Shown: in pieces, positions 45,462 to 61,529 of the stretch
Numbering within the stretch: the first letter of the stretch is position 1
How the letters are laid out: the number at the start of each line of letters is the position of its first letter
From: the human T2T-CHM13v2.0 reference genome, Homo sapiens
Direction: 5' to 3' (one strand)
DNA length: 64,000 bases
NCBI RefSeq assembly: GCF_009914755.1
Contig: NC_060940.1
The notes under the pieces: model-generated
What the model was told of the DNA's origin: nothing
Database searches by the model: none
The model's input: only the letters and a program-made list of their open reading frames with translations
Made by a program: the position numbers and the translations under genes

Positions 45462-45962
45462 TATCGAACTGAACCCAGGTTCACCTGCTCACTGCTTGAA
45501 GGCCAGACACAAGAGATGAGGGTTGGTGGGAAGAAAAGCAGGTTTATTCAGAAAGTCGGCAAAACCAAGAAGATGGTGAATTATAGTCACAAAGACCATT
45601 TTAAGTCAGTGCAAATTTTAGTCTCTTTTTATATTCAAGGCAAGGGGAACAGGACAGGGTTGAAATCAAGAGGTAACCAACAACTGCAGGCGTCTGGTGG
45701 CAGGCAGGGTCTGAAGAGGTCAGAAATTTCTTTGTCCTTGGTCAGGTCACAATGCTCCTATACATCTTTAACAAAACATAATTCGTTGTTTACATACTTT
45801 CCCTTTAATCTCAGGCTAGTTTTAAAAACTATATGATTGCTGTTTTTTGCATATTGTCTCAGTGCTTTAAAATTATCCTAATCTACATGCAGGAATGGGT
45901 AAAGGCCTCTTAAACAAAAATAAAGTGAGTTATATTAGTTCTTTTACAGTTTCGCTGTTACA
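45462..45962 (-). mobile_element. ERV1-class solo LTR (subfamily uncertain)
   Basis: Minus strand starts tgtaacagcgaaactg and has an AATAAA near its 3' end (plus-strand ggtttattc); approximate 4-bp TSD caca / cata. Confidence 0.75.
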
Positions 45963-48719
45963 CATACAACTATCTGTAGGAACACAAGTGGATATATGTA
46001 TACATCCATGTATTCCCACTCTGTATTTATATGCACTCATGCATTCACATGCTGTGACCTCCTGTATGTATGCAAATACATATATTTTCACATACTTATA
46101 GACCCATGGACACAGCCATGCAAATTTCTATCCTTGCTCACCTTTCAGACCAGGTGAACCCTAGAGAATTTCAAGGAGAAGCAGGCTCTGAGATATTCCT
46201 AACCTTCAGGGAAACCAGCAGAAGTTCACATCTGTGTGTGCCTCCAGAGATAATTTTTATAGATTCATTAGTTCATTCATTTAACAAATGTTGGTTGAGT
46301 GTCCACTATGCGTTAAGCATAGCTCTGGGTGTTGGGGATTTAATAGTAAATAAAACATACAAAAAAGTTCATCCCTCATGGAGTTTACACTCTGGATTCC
46401 CAGACAGATACATATGGAACCATGAAAATTCATTTTAGCTTTCAGAACACAGTGCCATGAGAATTGCCAATGGGAATTCTACCCTCCCAAGATTAGGACC
46501 AACTCACCAGGCAGTGTCAATGCTAAACAACGGCACCAGAGACCATGGGAAGCCTAGGTCCATCTCCCATAGCCCTGACATCATCAGTGGATATAACCCA
46601 GTCTGCAGAAGGTTTATCCACTTTGCCTCAAGGTGTGGCCTAGGAAGGCTGACGATGCTGGATACACCTGGGCACAGGTAGAGGCCCAGTGCCCAGGTGG
46701 ACAGTAAGAAGCAGGTAAATGGGGGAAGGGAAGGGAGAGGCAATGTCAAAACTGCGGAAATGGGCAGCACTGAAAACAGAAGTCTGTAACTGGAATCGTG
46801 AAAGCAAGAAAGAGGCATTCCCCTTCTCTTTTTCCTCCTAGTGTATCCTATATACCAGGACCCATGGGAGCAGATGGAGAGAAAAAAAAGAGAGTGATGA
46901 CCAGGCCAGCAACCAGAGCTATGGGTGGGGCTGCTATGATTGACTTCCTGAGACACATTGTACATTTATGCCTGTCTAGAGGCCTCACACCAAACTGACT
47001 TCACTTTCCTTGAAAATACCCTTTCAGATCAGCAGCAGACTCCAATAAACCCTGCTTCAAAGAGTCTAGCAGATGCCAAGCATCAGCAAAGATTGTTTAA
47101 TGAATGAATGGATAAATAAAATGAATGAACAATTTAATAACACTCACTGAGCCCTTATTTTGCACCAGGCACTGTTAAAGTGCTTTACATGAACATCATA
47201 TTATTTTATTTAATCTTCACATCTGCCCTTTGAAGGTGAAGAAACTAAGACATATGAAGTTTAAATAACTTTCCTGTTTCTACTGAATAGTTAGATAGGT
47301 AAACGGATGGATAGATGAAGAAGCAATGCAGGAAAAGTGATAGAGATGAAAACCGTAAGTTGCATCTAGTTAAGATTGCACAATCCTGCTTGTTCCAGAA
47401 ATACTGCATTCCCTAGTTCTGAAACACTATTTATTTTAAGATTTGCTATGGATTTATATATAGCTTTTCAGGGGAAAACAAGCAACAGATCAACACACAC
47501 GCAAATCTAATCATATCACATACATACATCAATTGTTAGATAGGTCCTAATGCAGACACTTTAACATGTGGGGACATGTGTGTCTTTGAATCAAGGAGTT
47601 GGGGTATTGACAGTGGAAGCCTAATACTCAAACAGCATTGGCAGGTACTCAGCTGAGCGCACACCTGTGTCCCTGCCTCTGTATTCTGCCTGGGACCTGA
47701 TGGTCCATTCTATTTTCTTTGTTTGCAGCTAATTGCCATAGAATACCCTGTTGATAACAAGGCTCCAGATCTTTGCACTGGCTGCAACCCCGAGAAGATC
47801 AGGGTGCAGACAGAAAATGGGACAGAAAAATCACTTCTTCATCTAGTGAATGCAACCTCTGAAAGTCAGGATTTGTGCTTGGATCTCCAAGCACACCGGG
47901 TCCCAGCCATTTCATTTGTCATGTGAATCAAGAAATGTCAAAAAGATAAGCATGTCTCCATTCCTGATCCCAAAATAATTATCAGAACCTTCTCCAAAGC
48001 TTTAGTCCAGAAATGGGAGCAGAAAGGGATGCTCTAATACTGAGATTTATAAGATACGGAAGAGCCTTAGGTTAAGGAGACATGTCTCCTAAATTTCTAA
48101 AAACCAATCCAACCTTGGCTTACTGCAAAAGACTCCAAAGGACAGCCTTAATTGAAAAAGAGGTACTGGTCCCTGTGACATGCTTGATACTTCCTGCATA
48201 TACAGCTTCAGTTCTTTGTAGCAGCCCAAGAGGACCCTGTTTTCTGACATATAAATTAGAGCATGTATATTTTCTGATGTGTAAATAAAAATATATAATT
48301 TTTTGTTAACAATACTTATAATTTAAATCGTCTTTGTATTCCTGCCCTTTTTAACCCTCAAATAAGATTTTATGATGAAATGGTTTCTAGCTAACATCAA
48401 ATAATTATTTGCATAACAGCCCCTGAGAGCTGTTCCAGTGTCAACCTGTATCCACTTGGCATTGTAATCGCAGTTTCATGGGCTTTATGGGCAAGATTCT
48501 GGTGAATATCACAACCCTAGGTGTCTTAACAACTGAGTCAGGCTGGAGAGTGGAGTGACAAGACTCAAAAGATGAAGAAACAACCACCTGTGTAGTCAGC
48601 CATTTGGAAGAGCACAGTGTTAAAATTGCAGGTAGGGTCAAGGATTTACAAAGGGTCACCATGGCCTCAGACTCCTTCCAAGAATTCCCAAGAAGGTCTT
48701 TCTCATACCATGGATATAA

Positions 48720-49130
48720 GTTGTCTTTGCTTGGCTAGCATCCAGGCCAGTGGGGAGCAGTACCCCACTTTTTTAGGGAACTACCTTCAAACACACTACA
48801 TCTAGCAGTATAGGTGGGGTGACTATACTTCTTCCTGGGATCCAGGAGAATCCATGTGACTCAGACCTAGTTCAGTCAGCCAATTCCCCTTCCACCCCAC
48901 CTTGAGGCTGAGTCCATCCAATGAGAGTCAGCCTTTTGTGGGAACAAGAAGAGACACTCCATAGGATTGCTACACTGGCTTGTTTAATGTAAGCCTGAAG
49001 CTACCAGGGGACACTGCATGATACAAACTAAGAATGAAGCCAATGAGAGGAAAACAGAGCCCAGAAATGGAGATACAGAAAGACCAAGTCTACATTGCAT
49101 GGAAACTTGTCTGAAGTCCATATAAGTGTC
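48720..49130 (+). mobile_element. MLT1K/L-like LTR fragment
   Basis: catgtgactcagacc...ccaatgagagtc...gcctgaagctacc...gaatgaagccaa. Confidence 0.6.
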
Positions 49131-50357
49131 TATACTCAATCATGCACCTATTTGTGTGATGTTCATCTTCTCCACCAGCCTAGGGTCTCTCTAATATTCT
49201 GGGCTCTGAAAATTGTGGTATCTCCAGGGCCTATCACCTACAAGTTCTTTATAGATATTTGTTGACTGAATGAATCAATGAAAGTGAAGAAACTGTTTAA
49301 GGCTCTCCTGGGAAATCTGGTTGAAAGCATGCCAGATCAATGCACCGTTCACACTTTAGACGACTCTAACCATCCACCACGATCAATTTATTGGGCACTA
49401 CCAAGTATGAATGGGAGAGATGGTCAAGCCAGTTATGCTTAGGAGCCAGACAGCCTTTTGCTGTAATGGTGTATGTCACTGTGTGATCAATTTTTTTTTC
49501 CTCCAGAAAACAATAGAAGCCTGGAGCCACACAGCACCCTCTGTAATCCATGCAGCTCATCCCCCAGGAGTTATTATTTAATGTCTCATGGGTGACATAC
49601 TGCCTCAATCCTGTGAAAACACACCTTCCTACAAATGTAATTAAGTAGAAATGCTAATGGTAGGTTTTGAAGCAACATGGCCCATGGGGGCTTTCAGTAG
49701 CCCACAGATGACTTCATAAAAGCAACTGTTCAGTCTGCCTCTGCATAAAGCATCCTTATGGTCAGTGTGTGGACATCTTATTTTCCAGGTCCCTCTCCCA
49801 GGTCTTCTCCAGCAGTGAGTCACCGTCTTCCCCAGGTGAGATTAGAGGGAGATGCTGCCCTACCCTTCCATTCCAGCTGTCTCAGATTTCCTGCAACAGC
49901 TGAGGTTCTATAGGTCCCTGAGGATCAGCCCACTCCAATGCTAGGTTTTCTACTAGGAGGAATCACTCATACTAATCAGATAGGACCACACAAGGGGAGC
50001 CATTTGTGGCAGCCTCTTCACTGTGAATACCCACTCTTTGTCTAACCTCTTTGCTCTCAAAGCTTTTGGTGAATCTTTTCCATTAGAGCAAACATTGAAT
50101 TTTAATGATAGCTGTAATAATATTAGTAATAGTAGCTCAGACTGATTGAGTGTTTATATTTTGTTGGGAACTCTTCTCAGTGCTTTATTACATTAATTTA
50201 TTTTCTCCTTACATCTGTTCTGTGAGACAGGGACAATTATTACTGTCACCTCCAAAATACAGAATGTAAACTGAGTTATAGAAAGTTTCAGCATTTGGCA
50301 CATGGTCACTCTGCCAGTGTTTGGAGGAACTGAAGTATAAAACTGTTTTTAGAGCCA

Positions 50358-50362
50358 TCTTT

Positions 50363-50422
<60 letters not shown>

Positions 50423-50547
50423 TATTCCTTTCTTCCTTTCTTTCTTCCTTTCTTTCTTCCTTCCTTTCTTTCTTTCTTCCTTTCTTCCTTTCTTTCTTTC
50501 TTCCTTTCTTTCTTTCTTTCTTTCTTTCTTCCTTTCTTTCTTTCTTC

Positions 50548-50594
<47 letters not shown>
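50358..50594. repeat. (TTTC)n/(TTCC)n compound microsatellite
   Basis: About 235 bp of almost pure pyrimidine. Confidence 0.97.
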
Positions 50595-50702
50595 GGAGAT
50601 GGGTCTTGCTGTGTTGCCCAGGCTAACTCCTGGCTTCATGCAATCCTCCCTGCTCAGCCTCTGAAATAGCTGGGATTATAAGCATGAGCTACGACACCTA
50701 GT
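50595..50702 (-). mobile_element. FLAM / Alu left monomer
   Basis: gagatgggtcttgctgtgttgcccaggct...gctgggattataagcatgagc. Confidence 0.85.
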
Positions 50703-50869
50703 TTTCTCTTCCTTCCTTCCTTTTCCTTTTTTTCCTCCCTTCTCCCCACCCCCCCTTCTTTCCTTACCCCTCATCTCTATCTCTTTCTCTATCAAAAATA
50801 TTTAGTAGCATCTGCTTGATACTAAGTTCGGTTTGTGGTGCTAAAGTCTCCTAGGAGTGAATAAGGTTC

Positions 50870-51319
50870 TGTTTTATAAGATTTAAAGATACTTTTGATG
50901 TCAGGACACCACATGTTGACACCTGGGGAGACAAAAGGCAGAACTCTGTGACTTACAGCTCCAGATGAGAGAAGTCTGCCAGGCAGGGTCACACAGGGGT
51001 TTGCACCCAGGGACAGAGTAATAGCAAGCTGGAGGAGCTCTAGTGGAGTGGCTTATGTGGAGCGTGTGGTATGGGGTTAGTGAGGATTTGTGGGGATCCT
51101 TGTGGATTGGTTAATACTGTGGCAGGCTCCAGGGAACAGGGGCTGTCCCAAGTTGTCTGGGCAATTAGAATAGCTGCCTAGTGACCCTGGAGTGTAAACG
51201 TCTGAAAAGGGAAGAGGTTGGGATGTGGACTACATTGTCCACTTAAGAAGAAGACTGATCAGTCTCTAGCCAGAACCCAAAAACTGGGTCACAACAGCAC
51301 AGTTCAAAACTATATCACA
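50870..51319 (-). mobile_element. Solo LTR (ERVL/ERV1, subfamily uncertain)
   Basis: Complex sequence interrupting an L2-like context; ends ...aaactatatcaca (TG start on minus strand). Confidence 0.5.
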
Positions 51320-51918
51320 GGTGTTGTCTCTACCTATCATGGGCTTACTACATAGTAGGAAATGCTGGTAGCAAAAGCCACCATCTCCAAGATACAGCAT
51401 AGCTAGTGAATGTTTGCTCTACTTTTGATCAACGAATGGCTAAAGTCTAGGTATTGGACTACTTGCTCAATATCTTCTTCCTGATAGAAAGAATAATATG
51501 ATGGTTGAAGGTCAGGCATTGGAATCAAAACCCAGCTCTATCACCTCCTACCTTTGTGCCTAAGGACAAATTATTTAAACCTCCCTCGGCCTCAGTTTTA
51601 AGTATAATCGGAGATAATAGTCCCTCCCCAAAAGGGTGTATGGGAACCTAAAAATCCATGAAGAATGTAAACACTTAGGGTCTAGCCCTGCTTAGTAGTT
51701 CCTCTGGAGATCCTGTGGCTCTTTCAGGAGAGAAGGAAAAACAGAGAAGTGAGGGCTTTCTCTTTCCTATTTCAGGTTCTGCAGGAAGAAGGCAGAGGCG
51801 CTTCTGTGCTCTGTGCACCCGATATGTATAGGCCACATGTGATCGCATTATTTTCTTTCCATCCTGATGCCAACCTGTGAGTCATCAGCTGATCATCAGG
51901 ATATTAAATGACTTCTTT

Positions 51919-52246
51919 AAGTTCATGTCCTTTGTAGGGACATGGATGAAGCTGGAAACCATCATTCTCAGCAAACTAACACAAGAACAGAAAATCAAAC
52001 ACTGCATGTTCTCACTCATAAGTGGGAGTTGAACAATGAGAATACATGGACACAGGGAGGGGAACATCACACACCAGGGCCTGTCAGGGGATGGAGTGCT
52101 AAGGGAGGGAGAGCATTAGGAGAAATATCTAATGTAGGTGACCGGTTGATGGGTGCAGCAAACCACCATGGCACATGTATACCTATGTAACAAACCTGCA
52201 CGTTCTGCACATGTACCCCAGAACTTAAAGTATAATAAAAAGAAAA
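51919..52246 (+). mobile_element. L1PA (approx. L1PA7) 3' end
   Basis: ttcatgtcctttgtagggacatggatgaagctggaaacc...gcagcaaaccaccatggcac...gaacttaaagtataataaaaa. Confidence 0.95.
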
Positions 52247-52909
52247 TCACAAAGCTACTAAGAGAGGGATCCAAACCCAGAGGTACCTCTCTCTACATCA
52301 CACTGAAGTTTCTAATTACCTTCCACTACCCACATTTCCGTTTGTCTTCCAAGGGTTCATGGGGGTGATGTCCTTGTTCCTCTGGGGTGAATGGGAGGAG
52401 AGGTAGAAACGAATGTTTTATCCACTGCTCTCGTCAGGGCTTTATTAATAATCACTCAGACCAACGAAGTATTCAGGAACAATCAAGAAACATTTGCCAC
52501 CTGGCTGGGTGCCCTGCCTGCTCAAGGTAGTCTGATCTGTTCTGCAGCCTAGATGCTGACTTTATCCTCACTCTCAATTCCCTGATATCCTGATGCTGCT
52601 GCCCATACTATGCAGCTGAAAGGGTGATAGGTCCTTCTCCCTGGGAGACCCCCACTACCATCTCCTTCCCTGGAATCCCTGAAGGCATCCTTCAGCCAGT
52701 GGGTGTTGCCTAGAAAAAGGGAGAAATAGAGAAATAGGTGGGACTTACAGCTTCAATTTTCTTGCCCCTCAGGACTGAATCAAGAACAGCAGTGTAGCCT
52801 CCTTCCCCTCTTCCCTATCCCCCCTCAGACATATATGCATTGGCTCTCCCTTGAGCCAATCCACAAGAATTGATTTAACCCCCTTCCTGATGCATGATGA
52901 AGAGAGAAA

Positions 52910-53580
52910 GAATGGCATAGTAAAAATAAGACGGATTTATAGTGAGACAAATATAGATCCAGCCACAACGCTACTACCTCCTACTTTAACCTCTCTGAGC
53001 TTTAGTTTCCTCATCTGTGAAGTGGGGATAGTAAGTCTGTTGTGAGGATTAAATGAGAGCATGCGTATCTTTCAGGATTGTGTCTATCTGAATGCTACAG
53101 TAGCTTAACCACAATAGGTGAATTTTTCTCATAAAACAAGAAATGCAAAGGTAGGCAGTACTTGATGCCATCACCATCAAAACCCAGATTATTTTCTTTT
53201 CCCATGCTGCCATGCTGAGCATAAGTTTCTTTTCCTCTTGGTCACAATATGGCTGCTGCATCCTGATCATTGTATCAACATTCCAGGCAGAGAAAGAGGG
53301 AAAGTGAAGACAAAGATCAGCTTTCCCAGAAGCATCATCAAAGTAACCTCTACCTGCATCTCATTGGCCAGAACTGTACCACAGGACCACCTTCAGCCAC
53401 GAGTCATCCTGGGAATTTTTCTGAGCTTTTTTGCCATTCTGAAAAAACCACAGATCTGTTAACAAAGCAGAAGGGGAGACGAATATAAGTATGCAGTTAG
53501 CAAAATCTGCTATAGAAGCAAAAGCACTTTACACAGCTTCTGACACATAGTAAATGTCTAATAAGGGTTAGCTATCATCA
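52910..53580 (+). mobile_element. MIR split by an antisense MLT1 LTR (~53080-53515)
   Basis: MIR core gtttcctcatctgtgaagtgggg...ttaaatgag, then MLT1 sequence, then MIR tail gcacttt...cacatagtaaatg. Confidence 0.7.
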
Positions 53581-54139
53581 TGATGATAACAATTTATGAT
53601 TTTTATGTAATCCTCGCTCCTCTTGGGACTGGAATCTAACCCTGAAGTCGCATTCATCCCATCTATATCCAGGGTCTGTCATCCTACTGAGCTCCTTCCA
53701 GCATCATCCAATGCTTTTTTCTTTGTCCCAGTCACTGCTCAGAATCAGCGTTCTGTGGTTTTCAGGGTCTCTAAGAACCACTACATAGCCCTTCCTGGCC
53801 TCATCATTTGTTGCCATGCTCTGCCTCCCTGACTAATGGGCCCAGACTGTATCCCGCATTATCCAATGACTAGCCAGGTACATACATCCTCCTGGGAAGT
53901 TGCTAACAGAGCCTAGATGAGGAACAGGGACTCCTTCCAGTGTTACTTGCCCTTCACATCCCTGGAGTCCCATAGAAGCTGGCAGGTCTCTTCTTACAGA
54001 CCCCCTCAAGTCTCTGTCCCAGCCACATGATTCCCTTCAGTAGGAAATCCTCTTAAGGAACATTGCTGAGAGAGGGTGGATCTGTGCTCAATTTCAGATG
54101 CTAAGGGAGCCACGTCTTCCACTAAAGCAGCCCCCAGAC

Positions 54140-54480
54140 AAACACAGCTGCAATGAACTTCAACATCCAAGTTTCCTTGCACAAATGTATAAGACTTTCT
54201 TTAAACAATAAACCTAGAAATGAAATTGCATGGCCATTGGTTATGCCTATTTTTAACTTCACTATATATTTCCAAATTGCCTACCGAAGCTGTTGTTCAA
54301 ATGTACAGTTCCACCAACTGTGGATAAGATTTTCAGTTTCTCAGTATCCTGACCACCACTTTATAATGTTTGACTTTTTTAATGTTTTGCAATTAAAGGA
54401 GTATAAAACGCCATTTGGTTGATGTTGTACTTTGCATTTTTATGATTGCTGAGGAGATGGGCAGCTTCTTACATCTTTCT
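54140..54480 (-). mobile_element. L1ME-type fragment
   Basis: cctagaaatgaaattgc...ttccaaattg...ttccaccaac...ttgcatttttatgatt. Confidence 0.7.
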
Positions 54481-54844
54481 TAGCTGTTCATAACCCAGAG
54501 AATCTTAAAGGAACTGCTCATGTATAACGATGTTTTCCAATGTATAGCTACGAGTTTGATCTATGGAAGAGAAAAGTCCATTCATCGGGTACAGTACGCA
54601 CAGTTTGCAACAAAGAGCCTGTGGACCTTCACTAGGGTCTTCTGAGCCAGAAATCAGGGATCAAGTTCCGTGGAAAGAGAGCCAGGTGTAAGCCAGGTGG
54701 AGAGATAACAAACAGACCAACATTCTAAACCAGGAGCCACCAGCAGAGCAGGACTCGCATTATTCATATTGGACTCCAGCCAGGTTCCAAACAGGATTCT
54801 GGGGGTCCTAAACTGGAGTTGAAAAAAAAAAGTGATTTACCAGA

Positions 54845-57428
<2,584 letters not shown>

Positions 57429-57702
57429 TGTTGGGTTGCAAATTAGGGTTCTGACAAAGGAGAAACTTGGAGAACTGGGGGCTAGGTTGCCAGCAGCAAA
57501 AGACTCTGCCCAAGTTAAATCCAAATAGGACAGGATTTCTGAAGCGCCGAGTAAGAGCTCACAAGGGAAACTGGAAGTGAGAGGAAAGACGGTCGGAGCA
57601 AGAGAATGGCACAGGTCTTACAGGCTGTGCATAGCATGGAGGAGCAGGGATATGAAAAGACCAGGATGACAAGGATGTCTTAGTTAGACTAGAGGAGGGC
57701 AA

Positions 57703-58110
57703 TGTGGCAGAGGTTGCTGTTTGCCTGCTCAATATTAATTCTCTCCTCTTCCTTTAAAAGTAAACCCCTATTTTATTTGGGGTCATCCTGTGCCCAGTGA
57801 AAACACTATTTCTTCAAGTCTCTCTTTTTAGTGAGGCTTTGCCAATGATTTGCTAGCAGAAGTCATTGAGTAGAGCTTCTGGGAAATCTCTTTAAAGGAG
57901 GATGACTGAGGAGGAATAGACTCGTTCCTTGCTCTTTCTCTTCTTCTTGCTTGGAGGATAGTGGAATGGAAAATAGAGGAGCGTGGATCTCTGATGACTC
58001 TGGGAACCATCAAACCAGCTCTGAATTACTTATGTCTGGATTTTCTTTATGTGATCGAATATGCCCCTACTTTGTTGAAAGCACTGCAATGGGATTCTGT
58101 TACCACTAAA
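57703..58110 (+). mobile_element. MLT1 LTR
   Basis: tgtggcagagg...gtgcccagtgaaaacactatttc...gcttctgggaaatctcttta...ttctgttac. Confidence 0.65.
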
Positions 58111-58394
58111 AGGAGAGTGAAGTATTTAGAGATCTACTGGGATCCCAGAACACAGGCATATGTGAAAAGAGGAGGTGTTAATAAGAGTCACAGCAGTACA
58201 GAGTTTCATTAAACATCTGAAAGATGCATGTATAAAGCCTGCAGTTCCTGTCTGGGCTTTGCATCTTTAAATGTGACATCACACTGAATCTGTTCAGTAG
58301 CAGTCATGGATCTCTAAAGAGACATAATCACTGGCTTTAGAAGTAACTCCAAACTTCTAATTCCAATTTCCAGGTCCCATTTAGAAATATTCCA

Positions 58395-58691
<297 letters not shown>

Positions 58692-59728
58692 TTCCAGCCT
58701 TCCCATTTTGCAGATGGAAAAACTGGGTTACAGAGACAGGACATTATTTGTCCAAGGTCCAAGGTCATAGAGCAGCATCCCAAACCAGGTTACCTGACTC
58801 TTTCCAATGTCCACGCTCGCCCCCTTTTTTGTCCCTCAGACTCCCTACCTCTAAAATAAGAAGATTGGAGTGGAATGCCATGCAAATGCTACGACTTTAT
58901 TATTCTAAGAAATCCACCTTCTGGGTATCAGACAAGTCATACATATCTAGCACTGTTTCCATAGATATTGCACTCCCATTGACATAGAAATTTTGGCATG
59001 CCTTCAGGTTCATTAAAATGGGATTTTTGCTGCATTTACCTTGTTCCTGAGCAATAACCATTTTCTCTCTGGGTCATTGATTCTCAGGGAATTTCCATCA
59101 TCTATTTTATGTTGAATGTAATGAGCTACCCCTGAATGTGGTGCCAAAAGTTTGCTTATGTATGAAATAAAAAAAAGATTAAAGCATTTGCCTTGAACTT
59201 CTTTGGCCTCTACCCATGCCCTTCTGTCGTGGTGAGCAGGAATACCCTGCCCTGCTCCTGACCCACCCTCAACCCTGAAACTGTTCAGGTCACCTTGGAG
59301 TATGTCCTTCCACAGCCAGCTTGAGGGCAAAGTTCCCTGGGACTGGTCAGGACAGACAGTAAGGATGGTGTTAGATAGGACTATGCTGGGTTGGACAGGC
59401 ATCCACAGAAGACACCTGTGTGGTCTGAGAACTGAGTCCAGAGGGAAAAAGACAATCCCAGTATTTGTTTTACAGGTCATTATCAAGATCTGCAATCAGG
59501 CAGGGGCTACCATATCTGGGCCTCTGCTGAAGGTGAAGCATTCACCTTGAGAGGCAGTGTGGATAGCTCTGGGAGATCTGCTTTTCAACAGTGACTTGAA
59601 AGAATCAGAGACAAGGTCAAGAGTGAAGGACAGGGTGCTGTGAGATCCCTGGGAGCAGCACTGACTTGTTCCTGTTCAGCCTTTATTGATCATCAGCTGC
59701 AAGAGGGCTGGAGGAGGAAAGATGGAAA

Positions 59729-59836
59729 GGAATTGGGACTAAACTATACAGGAGCATACAATGGACTAGGACTGAAGCCAAACAGACTGAGACCTATATG
59801 GATACCCATGATCAGGTGTGGGGGCCTGAATTCCAA
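59729..59836 (+). repeat. 108-bp local direct repeat, copy 1
   Basis: Ungapped 97/108 match (manual count) to 61629-61736. Confidence 0.95.
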
Positions 59837-60469
59837 GTAGAACAGCCTATTAGGACCACTCATTGATGGAGAGGGGTGAGGGTGGGTCCTGTCCTATCAC
59901 AGATTCCAACTCAGATGACTGGAGTGTGCAGGAAGGAAACAGAAATGATTGGGGAATAGCTATAAGATGATGGAGATTGCAATGAACTGGAGAATATGTG
60001 CCCTAGTCCAAAAATTGTCCTAGTCCTAGTCCAAAAATTGTCAAATTAGCTGTTTGCCAAACATCAGTCTGGCTAGATAAAAGGCAGCTGCAAGCGATAT
60101 TTGGCATGCAGGCTAACAAATGGCAACCTCTGATGAGGCGCATAGTTTGAGACAGGCAGGAAAACTTGCAACTTGAAGGCCACTTCAGTCTCCAAGCTTT
60201 GCATTTGGATTCAGCCTCTGATGAGCATCAAGAGGTCCAAAGGGCAAGATGGATGTCCAGCACCGAATACTCATCAATTTAACCAACACGTATTGATCAG
60301 CTACTCTGTGCTCGGCTACACGCCTGGCACTGGGGACCCAGAGATGAACAAAGGTCTTAGTTATAGCAGGGACAATGAATGTGGGTTTGGGGGAGAAGGA
60401 TGACTTCATTCTAAGCACCTTTGGGTAAAAACCAAGACTATTGATTAGTATTGGCTCAGGAATGGCAAG

Positions 60470-60870
60470 AGCGGATAAATGCACCATTGAGTCAGCCTCA
60501 GGGAGATGAGAAAGGCTGAAGCAGGAGCCCCAGACTGGATACGAAGCCGGAGCAGGGCTGTGCAGCCGTGATTAGAGAAGTGAGGGAGGCGGGTCCAATT
60601 AAACTGGCCACTGCAGGCATTTAATAAGCACGGGAACTTTTACAGAGACGGCTCCCGATTGGAGAACCTGGCCTCATTTCTGAGCACTGAAACGTTTGAT
60701 GTTGGACATTTGGCTCTCTTCCAAGTTCCCAGCCAGCTCTGTAGAGGACCCACATCCCGGGGAGCAGCCTTTGAAGGAGCCAGGGCTGTCAATGGAGTTA
60801 TACTAATTAGGCAACAGGAGCGGCCTCAAATGCCTGTCCTCATTTGCAATTCAGTGTGTCTTTAATTTGC
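60470..60870. promoter_or_regulatory. Candidate enhancer (non-repeat, CpG-retaining, motif-dense)
   Basis: About 11 CpGs in ~360 bp; TGAGTCA, CCTTTGAA, CTGTCA, CTAATTAG and ATTTGCAA motifs. Confidence 0.35.
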
Positions 60871-61133
60871 CAGAAATATACATATATATATCCTCTCTGG
60901 ATATAAAAAAATATATCCAGGTTGGTGAGAGAGACTAACTTGACTACCATTTACAAAGTGCCTAAAGTACCAGGCAGTTGCTAAATCTCTTACGTCCGTA
61001 AGGTAGGTAGGCACTATGTTTTTCATCCCCATTTTACAGGTAAGGAAACTGAGGCTCAAGAAAAGGAAGCACTCCCCTAATGGTCACAAAGCTGGTAAGG
61101 GGCAAATCTGGGTGTCTGTCATTGTATTTATAG

Positions 61134-61359
61134 CAACTGTTCTTAACCAGGGCGACTTGGTCCTTCAGGGGACATTTGGCAATGTGTAGAGACATTTTTG
61201 GTTGTCACAACTTGGGAGTGGGAGAGGTGCTCCTGGCATTTGGGGAATAGAGACCAGAGATGCCAATGAACGTCCTTCCCTGCAAAGGACAGCTTCTCAA
61301 AACACAGAATTATTTGGCCCAAAATGTCAACAGTGCGGAACTGAGCTTAAGAAACCCTG
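61134..61359 (+). mobile_element. MER20 (hAT-Charlie)
   Basis: ttcttaaccagggcgact...ggacatttggcaatgt...gcccaaaatgtcaacagtgc...gaaaccctg; 8-bp TSD atttatag / atatatag. Confidence 0.93.
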
Positions 61360-61529
61360 ATATATAGAGAAGATTAGTCCTAAATAGGAGGTTTTAAGTC
61401 TGTGGACCTGTCATCAACTGTGGGATTTGGGAAAGTCACTTAACTTCTCTGTGCCTCATTTATCATCATCTTTAAAATAGAAAGTGTGAAGACTACAGAA
61501 GATAACATATGTGAAAGTAACTGCCGCAT

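Noticed and set aside
47700-47926. Strong acceptor (ttttctttgtttgcag) followed by a 67-codon open frame
   Set aside because: No convincing donor and the peptide is unrecognisable. The similar isolated acceptor near 17108 and the weak exon-like segment at 5557-5663 were dropped as unsupported too.
60002-60042. Short tandem duplications (cctagtccaaaaattgtc x2; similar cases near 37063, 16478 and 56302)
   Set aside because: Ordinary slippage duplications with two copies only. There is no repeat-spacer array, so they are not CRISPR-like.
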